Assembly: GCA_044376225.1 (NCBI GenBank)
Contig: JBILLF010000006.1
Location: 1-62,272 of the forward strand
DNA from: Patescibacteria group bacterium
GTDB taxonomy: Bacteria > Bacteroidota > Ignavibacteria > Kapaibacteriales > Kapaibacteriaceae
Direction of reading: 5' to 3'
DNA: 62,272 bases
Shown here: one piece after another, positions 29,296 through 40,125 of the stretch
Layout: the number at the start of each line of letters is the position of its first letter
Numbering within the stretch: the first letter of the stretch is position 1
The notes under the pieces: model-generated
The model's input: only the letters and a program-made list of their open reading frames with translations
Databases searched by the model: none
Told to the model about the DNA's origin: nothing
Made by a program: the position numbers and the translations under genes

Positions 29296-30561
29296 ATGAG
29301 TGGTAACAGTTACCGTGGTCCGTTTGCGGCTATGGGAATTTTGTTTTTCATGATAGGTTTCATTACCTGTCTCAACGACATACTCGTGCCGCACATGAAA
29401 AGCATGTTCGACCTGTCGTACACGCAGGCGGCGTTTATTCAGTTTTGCTTTTTCACGGCCTACTTCGTTATTGCATTCCCGTCTTCTGGCCTGATCTCTC
29501 GCCTCGGATACCAGCGCTCAATCGTCGTTGGCCTAGGTATCTCTGCGCTCGGGGCGGCTCTGTTTTATCCGGCATCGATTCAGCAGTCCTATCCATTGTT
29601 TCTTGTCGGCCTCTTCACGCTCGCTTCCGGTTTTGCGCTTCTCCAGACGGCAATGAATCCGTATGTAGCGGTGCTGGGGCCGCCGGAAAGTAGCTCAGCA
29701 CGACTGGTATTGTCGCAGGCATTCAACTCTGTTGGCACAACCATTGCACCGCAACTCGGTGGGATCCTGATCCTTGGTGCATCAGTGTTGACAGCAGATC
29801 AAGTCGCACAGTTGACGCCTGAGGCTCTCGCTACCTATAAGTCCGGACAGTCTTCAGCAGTGCAGTTACCCTACATTGTGCTGACAGCCATGCTGGCCGT
29901 GCTTGCCGTCGTTGTGGCATTCCTTCGTCTGCCTGTCATTAGCGATGTGGAGGGTGACGAGGAGAAGGCCGTCTCACTGATGGCCCCCTTGAAGATTCCT
30001 CACCTGCGCAAGGGTGTGCTGGCAATTTTCGCCTACGTCGGAGCTGAGGTGGCCATCGGCTCGTTCATGGTCAACTACTTCATTGAGAAGGTACCGGGGA
30101 TGACCGAGCAATCGGCCACCACCTATGTGACGTATTACTGGGGCGGGGCGATGATCGGTCGGTTTGTCGGTTCGTACCTGCTTACGCTGATGCGTCCGGG
30201 CATGCTACTCGGAGTGATGGCCTGCGTGAATGTTCTGCTCACCGTGGGTACGATCGTCACTTCCGGGCCGACATCGGCCATGATCCTCGTCGGCTGTGGA
30301 CTCTTCAACAGCATCATGTTTGCTACCATTTTCACGCTAGCCATCAAGGACGTCGGGGTTATGACCAACCGCGGCTCAAGCTGGCTGATCGCTGCTATCC
30401 TGGGTGGGGCCGTGATTCCTCAAGTGCAGGGCATTATTGCCGACAGTATGGGCGGACTGACCATGTCGTACCTGATTCCGGTGGTCTGCTACATCTACAT
30501 CGCGTACTACGGGTTCTCCGGTTCAAGTGTCAACCAAACAGCACAGGGTGTGGGCCGATGA
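29296..30561 (+). CDS. Glucose/galactose MFS transporter (FucP/GluP family)
   Basis: LFFMIGFITCLNDIL, QTAMNPY, QAFNSVGT, YVGAEV, NSIMF. Confidence 0.9.
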   Translation: MSGNSYRGPFAAMGILFFMIGFITCLNDILVPHMKSMFDLSYTQAAFIQFCFFTAYFVIAFPSSGLISRLGYQRSIVVGLGISALGAALFYPASIQQSYPLFLVGLFTLASGFALLQTAMNPYVAVLGPPESSSARLVLSQAFNSVGTTIAPQLGGILILGASVLTADQVAQLTPEALATYKSGQSSAVQLPYIVLTAMLAVLAVVVAFLRLPVISDVEGDEEKAVSLMAPLKIPHLRKGVLAIFAYVGAEVAIGSFMVNYFIEKVPGMTEQSATTYVTYYWGGAMIGRFVGSYLLTLMRPGMLLGVMACVNVLLTVGTIVTSGPTSAMILVGCGLFNSIMFATIFTLAIKDVGVMTNRGSSWLIAAILGGAVIPQVQGIIADSMGGLTMSYLIPVVCYIYIAYYGFSGSSVNQTAQGVGR

Positions 30562-33500
30562 AAACACAGATACTTCTTCTTACAACCATGCTCGCCGTCG
30601 TCTGTGCCACAGCCCAGCAGGTTGTGGTGCGCGGCACGGTGACCGATGACAAGGGCTCGGCCATTGTTGGCGCATCCGTCCGGGTGGCCAATACGCGCTT
30701 TGGTGCCTACACAAAGAGCAAGGGGGCCTTCGAGGTTAAGCTGCCTTCGGCTATGGATGCGACGCTGGTCGTGAGCATGATCGGCTACAAGAGCCGAGAA
30801 GTCACGATCTCCAAGGAAAGCATGAAGGTGGCTGAGCCGGAACTTGTTCGTGTGCAGCTGCAGACCGATCACCTGAAGCTCAAGGAGGCGGTCGTTGTTG
30901 GGTATGGTACAAAGCAGCGTGTGGAGATGACCGGTTCGGTGGCGCAGATCGACTCGCGTGAGATCGCACAGAATACATTCGGAAACTTCGAGAATGCGAT
31001 CGTCGGTCGAGCCCCGGGCGTGCAGGTGATCAACTCCAATGGTATGGCCGGAAGCGCCATGACGATCCGCGTGCGTGGCGTGGGATCGCTAACGGCCTCC
31101 GGTGAGCCGCTTTATGTGATCGACGGTGTGCCGGTGACGCAGGGTGACTTTGGTGGCAAGGACCGTCTGGCCACGCAGACCAATGCGCTGGCCTCGATCA
31201 ACCCGAACGATATTGAGTCAATCGACATCCTCAAGGATGCCGATGCCGCCGCCATCTATGGATCACGGGGCTCGAACGGGGTTGTGCTGATCACGACCAA
31301 GAAAGGCGCATCCGGTACGACGCGTTTCAACGTTAGTCTTTTCCGAGGTCAGGCCACTGAGACCAACCGCGTGACCATGCTCAACGGTGACGAGTACCGC
31401 AGCATGTGGGCTGAAGCAAATCGTCAGGATTCTATCGCCCTGTCGATCTTGCGTCCGACCGCGCGCTTCACGGCAAAGCCCCTTCCCGGAAATCTCAAGC
31501 CGGACCAGTACACCAATACCGACTGGCTTGGTCTGACGATGCAGACGGGTCAGATCTCCGATGCCTCGATCACCGCCTCAGGCGGCACCAATGCGGTTAC
31601 GTTCTTTACGAGTCTTGGTTACCGCAATGAATCGTCGTTCGCCGTTGGCAACACCTTCGAGCGGATCAACGGACGCGCCAACGTAGACTTCAAGGCCACA
31701 GAGAACATTTCTATCGGACTGAGTTCCAACCTCAACTACTCGCTGAACACGCGCGTGCCTTCGGCCTGGGCCGGTGGTATTGGTGCCGCACAGAGTTCGG
31801 CCCTGCCGTACTTCCCGATCTACAACGCGGATGGCACGTATTTCGAACCACAGCGTCCTTGGTATGCGATGTACAACCCGGTGGCGCAGCTTAATGAAAA
31901 CCAGTTTCAGAATAGCGAAACGCGCCTGTTGACGAATCTGTACACACAGATCGCCCTGCCAGCTCATTTTTCGCTGCGTCTGCAAGGGGGCTTTGACCTA
32001 CTCAACTTTACTGACCGTCGCTTTACTTCTCTGGTGGTGCAGTCCGAGGCTGAAGCCGAAGCACGCAAGGTGGGTGTCAACAACATCATCCTCAACGGAA
32101 CGCTCTCCTACGACAACACCATCATGGATGGTCTGAAGCTCAGCGCCATCCTGGCCATGGAGACGCAGTCTTCTAACCAGCTTGTAACGGGCCTACGTGG
32201 ACGCAACTTCCCGAACCCAGCATTCCGCAACCCGACCTCGGCCGTTGTGCGTGAGGCGTATTCATTCGAAACGGCGTTCTCGTTCCTGTCGTACATCACG
32301 CGCTGGAACTTCAACTACAATGACAAGTACTTCGTGAGTTTGACGGGACGTATGGACGGTTCGTCGCGCTTCGGCAGCGAAAACCGCTACGGCTTTTTCC
32401 CATCGATCGGTGCCGGCTGGCTCCTCTCAAAAGAAGACTTCCTCAAGGACGTCGAGGCGATCTCTCTGCTCAAGCTGCGAGCCAGTATTGGCCTGACAGG
32501 TAATGCCGACGGGATCGATGACTATCAGTGGCAGGGTACCTACAAGGCCGGCGCTGACTATGCCGGCACGCCGGGTATCCGACCTGACCGACTGGCCAAC
32601 CCGCAGCTAGGATGGGAGCAGACGCGTCAGATCGACATTACGACGGAGGCCGGTTTCTGGAATGGACGCTTTCAGGCAACTGTCTCGTGGTATCACAAGC
32701 TGACGTCGAACGTGCTTCTCAATGTTGCCGTGCCGGCATCGACGGGATTCTCTTCAATCCTCAAGAACGTGGGATCGTTTGAGAACACTGGCCTTGAGAT
32801 CGTTCTGAGTGGCTACCCAGTCAGCTCTGGTGAGTTTACTTGGCGCACTGATCTATCCATTGCGCACAACACGAATAAAGTCCTCGATAATGCCTTCCTG
32901 CCCCCTGACGCCATCGGCGGGCCTGGAGAGACCCGCATCCTGGTCGGATATCCGGTGGGGACGTTCTTCATTAACCGATCGGCCGGCGTACAGTCCACCA
33001 CGGACTCCGTGACTGTCCAGCGCCGTCGCTCGGGCAATGCCGTCACCTTCCTGACCTCCAAGGACGATGCCCGCTGGAACCAGTTCTACGATACCACGAT
33101 CGTCGTCGTGGGCGGTTCGCAGCTGTTCTACAACGTCAACGGACGCGTCACTGATCAGTATGACCTCAATGATCGTGTTGCGCTGGGCAATCCGTATCCA
33201 ACCTGGTTCGGCTCGTTCACCAATACCATCAACTGGAAGGGTTTTGACCTGACGGCCATGATCTATTACCAGTTCGGTAATCAGATCTATGATGATGCCG
33301 CCAAGCGACAGGTTGGCAACATTGGATCGAACTTCAATCAGGTCAAGGACCAGACCGAGAAGCGCTGGCAGAAGGAAGGCGATGTGACCGATGTGCCGCG
33401 TCTGTCGCTTACCGAGAACTACGACATCAATACGGACCGCTTCATCTATGACGGTTCATTTGTCCGCCTGCGCCAACTGACACTTGGCTACACCATACCG

Positions 33501-33710
33501 GGCGACTATCTCGATATGTCGGGCTTGTCGAGTCTGCGTGTATATGTCACCGGTCAGAATCTTTTGACGTGGACAAACTACCCCGGATGGGATCCGGAGA
33601 TCATGCGTGACCAGGATGGTGCGCAGGGTCGTAATCTCGGCGCTGGCGTGACGTATCTCACGCCTCCGCAGGCACGTCAACTCGTCATCGGTATCAACGC
33701 GGGGTTCTGA
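30558..33710 (+). CDS. susC: SusC/RagA TonB-dependent transporter
   Basis: VVVGYG, PLYVIDG, INPNDIESIDILKDA.AAAIYGSRGSNGVVLITTKKG, DGSSRFG, LGWEQT, C-terminal GINAGF. Confidence 0.96.
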   Translation: MKTQILLLTTMLAVVCATAQQVVVRGTVTDDKGSAIVGASVRVANTRFGAYTKSKGAFEVKLPSAMDATLVVSMIGYKSREVTISKESMKVAEPELVRVQLQTDHLKLKEAVVVGYGTKQRVEMTGSVAQIDSREIAQNTFGNFENAIVGRAPGVQVINSNGMAGSAMTIRVRGVGSLTASGEPLYVIDGVPVTQGDFGGKDRLATQTNALASINPNDIESIDILKDADAAAIYGSRGSNGVVLITTKKGASGTTRFNVSLFRGQATETNRVTMLNGDEYRSMWAEANRQDSIALSILRPTARFTAKPLPGNLKPDQYTNTDWLGLTMQTGQISDASITASGGTNAVTFFTSLGYRNESSFAVGNTFERINGRANVDFKATENISIGLSSNLNYSLNTRVPSAWAGGIGAAQSSALPYFPIYNADGTYFEPQRPWYAMYNPVAQLNENQFQNSETRLLTNLYTQIALPAHFSLRLQGGFDLLNFTDRRFTSLVVQSEAEAEARKVGVNNIILNGTLSYDNTIMDGLKLSAILAMETQSSNQLVTGLRGRNFPNPAFRNPTSAVVREAYSFETAFSFLSYITRWNFNYNDKYFVSLTGRMDGSSRFGSENRYGFFPSIGAGWLLSKEDFLKDVEAISLLKLRASIGLTGNADGIDDYQWQGTYKAGADYAGTPGIRPDRLANPQLGWEQTRQIDITTEAGFWNGRFQATVSWYHKLTSNVLLNVAVPASTGFSSILKNVGSFENTGLEIVLSGYPVSSGEFTWRTDLSIAHNTNKVLDNAFLPPDAIGGPGETRILVGYPVGTFFINRSAGVQSTTDSVTVQRRRSGNAVTFLTSKDDARWNQFYDTTIVVVGGSQLFYNVNGRVTDQYDLNDRVALGNPYPTWFGSFTNTINWKGFDLTAMIYYQFGNQIYDDAAKRQVGNIGSNFNQVKDQTEKRWQKEGDVTDVPRLSLTENYDINTDRFIYDGSFVRLRQLTLGYTIPGDYLDMSGLSSLRVYVTGQNLLTWTNYPGWDPEIMRDQDGAQGRNLGAGVTYLTPPQARQLVIGINAGF

Positions 33711-33712
33711 TC

Positions 33713-35068
33713 ATGAAGTCATCATCAACGTCCTCGATCCGCTCAATTCTGGTCATGGGGCTTGCCGTGATCACGTTTGGCTGTGACTCGATCTTGAATC
33801 AGACGCCACCGCTTGACATCTCTAATGAGATTGCTCTTTCTACGCCGAATGGCATTGTTGCTGCCCTGACGGGTGCCGCCGACCAGTTCTCGTCCGGTGC
33901 ATTCTACGGCGGCAATACGATGTCGATCGGTGAACTCTGGTCGAACAATGTTGAGTCCAACGTTGGTGCCGACTTTGGTCGCCTGCAGATCCTGTCGTAC
34001 AACCTCAACATCTTCAATCCCGAGGGACGCTCGATGTGGGGTGACGGGTATGGCGTGATCAACCGTGCCAACAACATCATCCGTGCCGTTGACAACGTGA
34101 CCTTTGCCGATGTCCGTCAGAAGGAACTTATCCGCGGCAGGGCCCTTGCCTTGCGCGGCGCCTCACTCTGGGCACTGTGCATGTACTTTGCTCAACCATG
34201 GGGATTTACCCCGGACAATTCCCACCCCGGCGTTGTCATCCGCACCGAGCCGACACTCGGTGATCAGGGTACTGTAAAGGCTCGCGCAACGCTAAAGGAG
34301 TGCTACGACCAGATCATTGCTGATCTCACGCAGGCCGCTCAGATCCTACCGGCCAAGGACGCCCCCTTCATGGGCTCACTCGCTGCCAAGGCGATGCTCT
34401 CACGGGTTTACTTTCATATGGGCGAGTGGGCCAAGGCAGAGGCACTCTGCACGGAGCTGATCGAGAGCGCAGTGTTCAAGCTTAATCCGAGCGTGGCCGA
34501 TGTGGTGACGACAAACAGCACGCCTGAGGTGGTGTTCGAGGTCGTGAACTCTCCGGTTGATAATGCGGGCTCGATCGTCTGGGACTTCCGTCAGGCCGAC
34601 AATTCGCTGCCGCGGTTTTGGGCCGGGACGGATTTCGTGAATGCGATCTACGCTGATACAACCGACAAACGTCTTGCGCTATATACATACCGCAATAGCC
34701 GCTTGTACGTTGCCAAGTGGGACCGCATTGCAATGAATACGCCGATCATTCGGTTGGCAGAGCTTTATCTGACACGCTCCGAGTGTCGGGCGCAGCAGGG
34801 GAATGCAGCAGGGTCGGTCGCCGACGTCAATGTTGTGCGTCAGCGTGCCGGGTTGAAGGACCTAGCTGCAACTTTGACCGGCAATTCTCTGTTGAACGCC
34901 GTGCGCCGCGAACGGAATATTGAGCTTGCCTTCGAGGGTGACATTTTCCTCGAGCGTAAACGTCAGCGCCGAAATCTGAAGCAGCGTCCGTGGAATGATG
35001 CGGCGTTGATCTTCAAGATTCCGGATATCGAGATGAATGCTAACACACTCTGCATTCAGAACCCATAG
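33713..35068 (+). CDS. susD: SusD/RagB lipoprotein
   Basis: FGC lipobox, INRANNII, QIIADL, IRLAELYL, VRQRAG, ERNIELAFEG. Confidence 0.93.
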   Translation: MKSSSTSSIRSILVMGLAVITFGCDSILNQTPPLDISNEIALSTPNGIVAALTGAADQFSSGAFYGGNTMSIGELWSNNVESNVGADFGRLQILSYNLNIFNPEGRSMWGDGYGVINRANNIIRAVDNVTFADVRQKELIRGRALALRGASLWALCMYFAQPWGFTPDNSHPGVVIRTEPTLGDQGTVKARATLKECYDQIIADLTQAAQILPAKDAPFMGSLAAKAMLSRVYFHMGEWAKAEALCTELIESAVFKLNPSVADVVTTNSTPEVVFEVVNSPVDNAGSIVWDFRQADNSLPRFWAGTDFVNAIYADTTDKRLALYTYRNSRLYVAKWDRIAMNTPIIRLAELYLTRSECRAQQGNAAGSVADVNVVRQRAGLKDLAATLTGNSLLNAVRRERNIELAFEGDIFLERKRQRRNLKQRPWNDAALIFKIPDIEMNANTLCIQNP

Positions 35069-35135
35069 AATCTGTTCGTCTGTTTAACTCAAAAAGATGA
35101 TCAATCAACCAACACATTTACACCAAGGAGTCGTG

Positions 35136-37247
35136 ATGAAGAATCTTCTTCTCACCGTCGTGTCAGCATTCCTGCTGGCTACGTCGGCGTTTGCTCAAAA
35201 GGTGGTCGAAACAGATCCTGCTCGTCCGATCGAGACAGGTGGCGTGACGATCACCTACCGTCCTGCCCTCGACGAAAAAGATGGCAAGACACCAATGGTC
35301 GATGTCACTGAAGTCTGGGCCTACACGGGTTGCCGTGAAGCGCAGATCGCGCAGGATCCGAACACCAAGTACTACGAAAAGCACGGGTGGAACGATCTGA
35401 AGAACTTCCCCGAAATGAAGTTGACGAACAACGGCGACGGGACGTTCACGCTGAAGATCGATAACATCAAGGCATTCTACGGAGTGCCAGATGACAAGCC
35501 AGTTCGCGAGCTGCTGTTCGTCTTCCGCAATGTTGATGGTACAGTTCAGGGGGGTGACCGCCTGATTGCTGTAGATCCTGCAGGCGGTTCAGCCACGGCT
35601 GGCCTGCGCCTGATCAACGGCGTTAGCACGGCTGCGAAGGTCGATGTGATCGCTGCCCAGGCCGATGCGCCTCAGATCACCGAAATCGGCTTCCAGCTTG
35701 CCTCGGTATACAAGGAAGTTCCTGCCGGCGATGCGGTACAGATCAAGGCTAAGGCTTCGGGTGCTCCAGCCCCGATCTATGCCGACGTAACTGAGAAGCT
35801 CGCTAAGAATGGTAAGTACACGGTGCTCATCGGCACAAATGCTAATGATGAGTACGTCAGCAAGGTCCTTTTGGATGATCAAGAGACCAAGGCCGGTGTG
35901 ACCAAGATTCGTTTCATCCATTGGTCCCCATCGACACCAGCCGTTGATGTCCGCGCCGTTCTTCCCGGCGGTACGCTGTCAAATCCGGTGATCGCTGGAG
36001 CCAAGTATGGTGACGTAGCGAATGTTGAGGTTCCAGCCGGAACCTATAAGCTTGCTGTTACGGAAGCAGGTCAGACCACAGCCCTGATCACATTCAACCC
36101 AATTGATCTGCCGGGCGCAACGAATCTGACAGCTGTGGCATTCGGCAATGCGAACGAGCTGACGAAGCTTCGTGCGTTTATTGATAACGGCAATGGTCGT
36201 GACTTTGTCGACGTCCTGCCTCTTGGCCAGGGCTGGGTAATCAAGACAAACCCTGAAGTACCGAGCAAGAACGAAGGCGTCGAAGTGATGTACAATCCGG
36301 AGAACGACGTCAAGGACGGACAGTTCAAGATGGTTGGTGTGGATGATGCGTACGTTTACACCGGTGCTCGTGACTATGCAGGGGGCTTCTTCCAAAAGTC
36401 CGAGTGGGGCGCCGTGGGCACCACCGAGGCTCTGAAGCTCACGAAGAATGCAGATGGTACCTTCACGTGGAACATCCCAAGCCCGATCTGGTCGTTCTAC
36501 CCCGGCGTCGAAGAGACCAAGGTTCTCAAGGAGCTGCTCTTCGTGTTCCGCAATGCTGACGGCTCGAAGCAAGGCGGCGATGTATCTCTAAAGGTTGGCG
36601 ACGGTTCCGGACCAACGGTCACGACCGACCCGAAGGATGCCACGGCCAGCAAGCCCCTTGCCGTTACCTACTATCCATGGAACGATAAGAAGGACGGTTC
36701 GTTCAAGATGGTGGGTGAAGCAGTCTATGTCTACACCGGAGCGACAACGGAAGATGGTGCCTACCTTGAGAAGGCTGGCTGGGGCAATGTCGGTACGACC
36801 GACGGCCTGAAGCTTACGATGAATGCCGACGGCACAGCCACGTGGAACATTGCCGATCTGAACGCCTTCTACAATGTGCCGATGGGCAAGAAGCTGAAGG
36901 AGATCCTCTGTGTGTTCCGCAACGCCGAAGGCACACGTCAGGGTGCCGATGTGAAGATCCCGATCGACCAGCCAACCTCTGTTGAAGATGAGAAGCTGGC
37001 CGCAGCGATCAATGTGTTCCCGAACCCGACGCCGGGCATGGCACGCATCACGCTGCCATCGAGCGCACCGGTTCGCGTCAGCATCGTCAATCAGTTGGGC
37101 ACCGTGCTCTTCACGACCACAGCATCGGGTGAAATGACCTGGAACGGTCGCGATTTCTCGGGTAACGTCGTTGCTCCGGGCGCTTACATGGTGCACGTGC
37201 AGTCGGCCACGGCAACAGCCGTTGTGCCGATGACGATCGTCCGCTAA
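35136..37247 (+). CDS. Secreted non-catalytic protein: 3 x CBM98/DUF4961-like repeats, DUF4397 region, T9SS C-terminal domain
   Basis: AAGGAG RBS then MKNLL signal; three repeats with YTG..W..KLT.N.DGT..FY..ELLFVFRN.DG..QG.D; RFIHWSPSTPAVDV; VFPNP..WNGRD..G.Y.V CTD. Confidence 0.7.
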   Translation: MKNLLLTVVSAFLLATSAFAQKVVETDPARPIETGGVTITYRPALDEKDGKTPMVDVTEVWAYTGCREAQIAQDPNTKYYEKHGWNDLKNFPEMKLTNNGDGTFTLKIDNIKAFYGVPDDKPVRELLFVFRNVDGTVQGGDRLIAVDPAGGSATAGLRLINGVSTAAKVDVIAAQADAPQITEIGFQLASVYKEVPAGDAVQIKAKASGAPAPIYADVTEKLAKNGKYTVLIGTNANDEYVSKVLLDDQETKAGVTKIRFIHWSPSTPAVDVRAVLPGGTLSNPVIAGAKYGDVANVEVPAGTYKLAVTEAGQTTALITFNPIDLPGATNLTAVAFGNANELTKLRAFIDNGNGRDFVDVLPLGQGWVIKTNPEVPSKNEGVEVMYNPENDVKDGQFKMVGVDDAYVYTGARDYAGGFFQKSEWGAVGTTEALKLTKNADGTFTWNIPSPIWSFYPGVEETKVLKELLFVFRNADGSKQGGDVSLKVGDGSGPTVTTDPKDATASKPLAVTYYPWNDKKDGSFKMVGEAVYVYTGATTEDGAYLEKAGWGNVGTTDGLKLTMNADGTATWNIADLNAFYNVPMGKKLKEILCVFRNAEGTRQGADVKIPIDQPTSVEDEKLAAAINVFPNPTPGMARITLPSSAPVRVSIVNQLGTVLFTTTASGEMTWNGRDFSGNVVAPGAYMVHVQSATATAVVPMTIVR

Positions 37248-37278
37248 GGCTCGATCCCACCGAAATGTCGAATCTGCA

Positions 37279-37317
37279 GAAACCAGCCCCTTCTCTCTTG
37301 AGGGGGCTGGTTTTTCT
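37279..37317 (+). terminator. Intrinsic terminator
   Basis: AAACCAGCCCC..GGGGCTGGTTT followed by TTCT. Confidence 0.75.
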
Positions 37318-37366
37318 GCCTATCATCGAAGAATCGGACCATCCGTCACCACTCTAAGCCGCTCCT

Positions 37367-40123
37367 ATGGTTCTACGATCCATTATCTGTTTGATTCTTG
37401 CGCAGATCGTCTCAACGGCAGTGAATGCGCAGGTCATCACCACCACGCCGACCTTTCCGGCGCAGACCGATACCATCACGGTGATGTTTGACGCGTCAAA
37501 GGGCAACCGTGATCTGGCAGGGTTCACGGGAGACATCTACGCCCACACGGGAGTGATCACTTTTCTTAGCACATCGGCAACGGACTGGCGCTACGTCAAG
37601 GCATTGTGGACGGAGAATAAGCCCGAGTGCAAGCTCACCCGAATCAGTGCCAATCTCTACCGTCTGGTGATTCCCAACCCTCGCACGTTTTACGGTGTGA
37701 CGGGAACGGAGCAGATCCGTCAGCTCGCTTTCGTTTTCCGCTCGTCCGACGGCGCACGCGTCGGCCGAGCTGAGGATGGAACAGACATCTACGTCGAACT
37801 CTTTGCTCCCGGCACATACATACGCACACTTGAACCAACCCCCAGCAACCGTGTTGTTGATTCGGGACAGGTAGTCCGCATCACGGCCATTGCCTCAAAT
37901 GACGTTCCGCTAATGCAGATCGCCGCCAACGGCATTGAGATAGCCCGGGTCCAGAACGATACGATCAGCACCACGTACGTGGTCAATCGCACATCAAAGA
38001 TCGACGTGATCACATACAATGAACTCGGTGGACAGATCCGCGATACATTCACACTGCGCGTGCGACCAAAGGTGACCTTCAAGCCCCTTCCTCAGGGGGC
38101 TCGTGATGGAGCAACTGTCATCAACGATACGACGGCCGTCGTCGTGCTCTATGCTCCCGGCAAGTCTGAGATCTACGCTGTCGGCGATTTCAGCGACTGG
38201 AAGCGTGCGCCGGAGTACTTCTGCTTTCAAACTCCGGATAAGCAGCGGTGGTGGACGCAGATCCCAATCAAGCGCACGGGGCAGACGCTCTGGCAGTGGT
38301 CCTTGGATGACGACCGTCGCATCAGTGATCCGTATGCTGAACAGCTCTGCGACCCAAGCGACCGGTTTATCGAGTCGTGGCGCTTTCCTCAGCTTCCAGC
38401 CTATCCTACAGGTAAGACTTCCGGTATCATCAGTGTGATCAACACAGCCATTGATGAGTACGTTTGGAAGAACAAGACATTTGTCAAACCTGATGCACGA
38501 CGTCTGGTGGTGTACGAGCTTTTGGTGCGCGACTTTACGGACAAGAGCTCGTTTCAGGCTGTTATTGATTCACTGGACTATCTCAGAAATCTCGGCGTGA
38601 CGGCCATTGAGCTGATGCCGATCACGGAGTTTGAGAATAATGACTCGTGGGGATACAACGTCAGTCACCAGTTTGCCGTCGACAAGTACTACGGTACTGC
38701 GAATGATCTCAAGCGACTCATCGACGAGGCACATGGAAGGGGCATGGCCGTGATCCTCGATATCGTCTTGAATCATCAGTTCGGACAGTCGCCCCTTGTC
38801 AACCTCTGGGGAAGCGTGGCTGGACCAACTCCCGAGAATCCGTACTTCAACGTCACCGCCAAGCATCCGTTCAATGTCGGCTATGACATGAATCATGAGA
38901 GTGAGCCAACGAAACTCTATGTCGATCGATTCCTGAAGCATTGGATCACCGAGTTCAAGTTCGACGGTTATCGATATGACCTGTCGAAGGGTCTCACACA
39001 ATTCAACAGTGGCAGTGACGCTGGTTTGATGTCACGCTACGATGCCTCGCGCATTGCCATTCTTAAGCGCATGATGTCGGCCACTACGTCTGTTGACGCG
39101 GGCTTCTACAACATCCTGGAGCACTTTGCCGACAACGCCGAGGAAAAGGAGCTCTCCGATGCCGGTGCCATTCTTTGGGCCAATGCCAACTACGCCGGCA
39201 GTCAGGCCGTGATGGCGTTCTCAAACCAGGACATAGCCTCGGCAATGAGTGCACAGAGAAGGGGCTTTACCAAACAGGGCCTGATTGGCTACGTGGAAAG
39301 CCACGACGAAGAGCGCACGATCTACCGCTCGGTTAACCTCGGACGTGCCGATGCCGCGCATAACACGCGCGACACCACCATAGCTTTGCGCCGGCTCGAA
39401 GCTCTGATGGCCAAGATGCTCTGCATTCCCGGACCCAAGATGCTCTGGCAGTTCAACGAACTGGGCTATCCGATCTCGATCAACGAGAATGGCCGCTTGG
39501 GGCGCAAGCCGATGGGCTTTCCGTACCTGCGGGACCCGAGACGTCAGCGCGTGATGAAGGCGGTGGCTGATCTGAACGAAGCACGAAAGCGCTACGAGGT
39601 CTTTGGCCAGATGCAGTCCACAATGCTGACCGTTGATCCACTGAAGTCGATCGTCGTAAAAGACGCTTCGTGTGACCTTGTTTACATCGGCAACTTCGAT
39701 GCCGTGTCAAGAACCGCCACGATTCCGTTCACACGCAAGGGGCGTTGGTACGAATTCTCGACGTCTTCGGATGTCAATATCTATCTCGACAATAACAGCA
39801 TCACCCTACTTCCGGGTGAGTACCGTTTGTATTCGACGCAGCCCTTTAGGGGGCTTGCCACCAGTGTCGATGATGAAGCTGATGTTCAGGACCTGAGCAT
39901 CTACCCAAATCCTGCGGACGATGTCGTGGTCATCGACCTCCCTGATCGCGCCATGGAGATCATCGTTCTCGATGTGCTGGGCTCAGTCGTTCGCCGTGTT
40001 GATGCCTCCGTCGCGGGCACTTCGGTGAACATGCCTGTCAATGACTTGCCCGCCGGTTCCTACAGCATCGTTATCCGCAGCGATGCCTCAACCACAATCA
40101 AGCCACTCCTCATTCGCAGGTAA
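37367..40123 (+). CDS. GH13 alpha-amylase family enzyme with N-terminal CBM98-like and CBM48-like modules and T9SS CTD
   Basis: YELLVRDF, SWGYN, DIVLNH, GYRYDLSKG, ILEHF, SHDEER; IYPNP..LPAGSY CTD. Confidence 0.9.
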   Translation: MVLRSIICLILAQIVSTAVNAQVITTTPTFPAQTDTITVMFDASKGNRDLAGFTGDIYAHTGVITFLSTSATDWRYVKALWTENKPECKLTRISANLYRLVIPNPRTFYGVTGTEQIRQLAFVFRSSDGARVGRAEDGTDIYVELFAPGTYIRTLEPTPSNRVVDSGQVVRITAIASNDVPLMQIAANGIEIARVQNDTISTTYVVNRTSKIDVITYNELGGQIRDTFTLRVRPKVTFKPLPQGARDGATVINDTTAVVVLYAPGKSEIYAVGDFSDWKRAPEYFCFQTPDKQRWWTQIPIKRTGQTLWQWSLDDDRRISDPYAEQLCDPSDRFIESWRFPQLPAYPTGKTSGIISVINTAIDEYVWKNKTFVKPDARRLVVYELLVRDFTDKSSFQAVIDSLDYLRNLGVTAIELMPITEFENNDSWGYNVSHQFAVDKYYGTANDLKRLIDEAHGRGMAVILDIVLNHQFGQSPLVNLWGSVAGPTPENPYFNVTAKHPFNVGYDMNHESEPTKLYVDRFLKHWITEFKFDGYRYDLSKGLTQFNSGSDAGLMSRYDASRIAILKRMMSATTSVDAGFYNILEHFADNAEEKELSDAGAILWANANYAGSQAVMAFSNQDIASAMSAQRRGFTKQGLIGYVESHDEERTIYRSVNLGRADAAHNTRDTTIALRRLEALMAKMLCIPGPKMLWQFNELGYPISINENGRLGRKPMGFPYLRDPRRQRVMKAVADLNEARKRYEVFGQMQSTMLTVDPLKSIVVKDASCDLVYIGNFDAVSRTATIPFTRKGRWYEFSTSSDVNIYLDNNSITLLPGEYRLYSTQPFRGLATSVDDEADVQDLSIYPNPADDVVVIDLPDRAMEIIVLDVLGSVVRRVDASVAGTSVNMPVNDLPAGSYSIVIRSDASTTIKPLLIRR

Positions 40124-40125
40124 CC

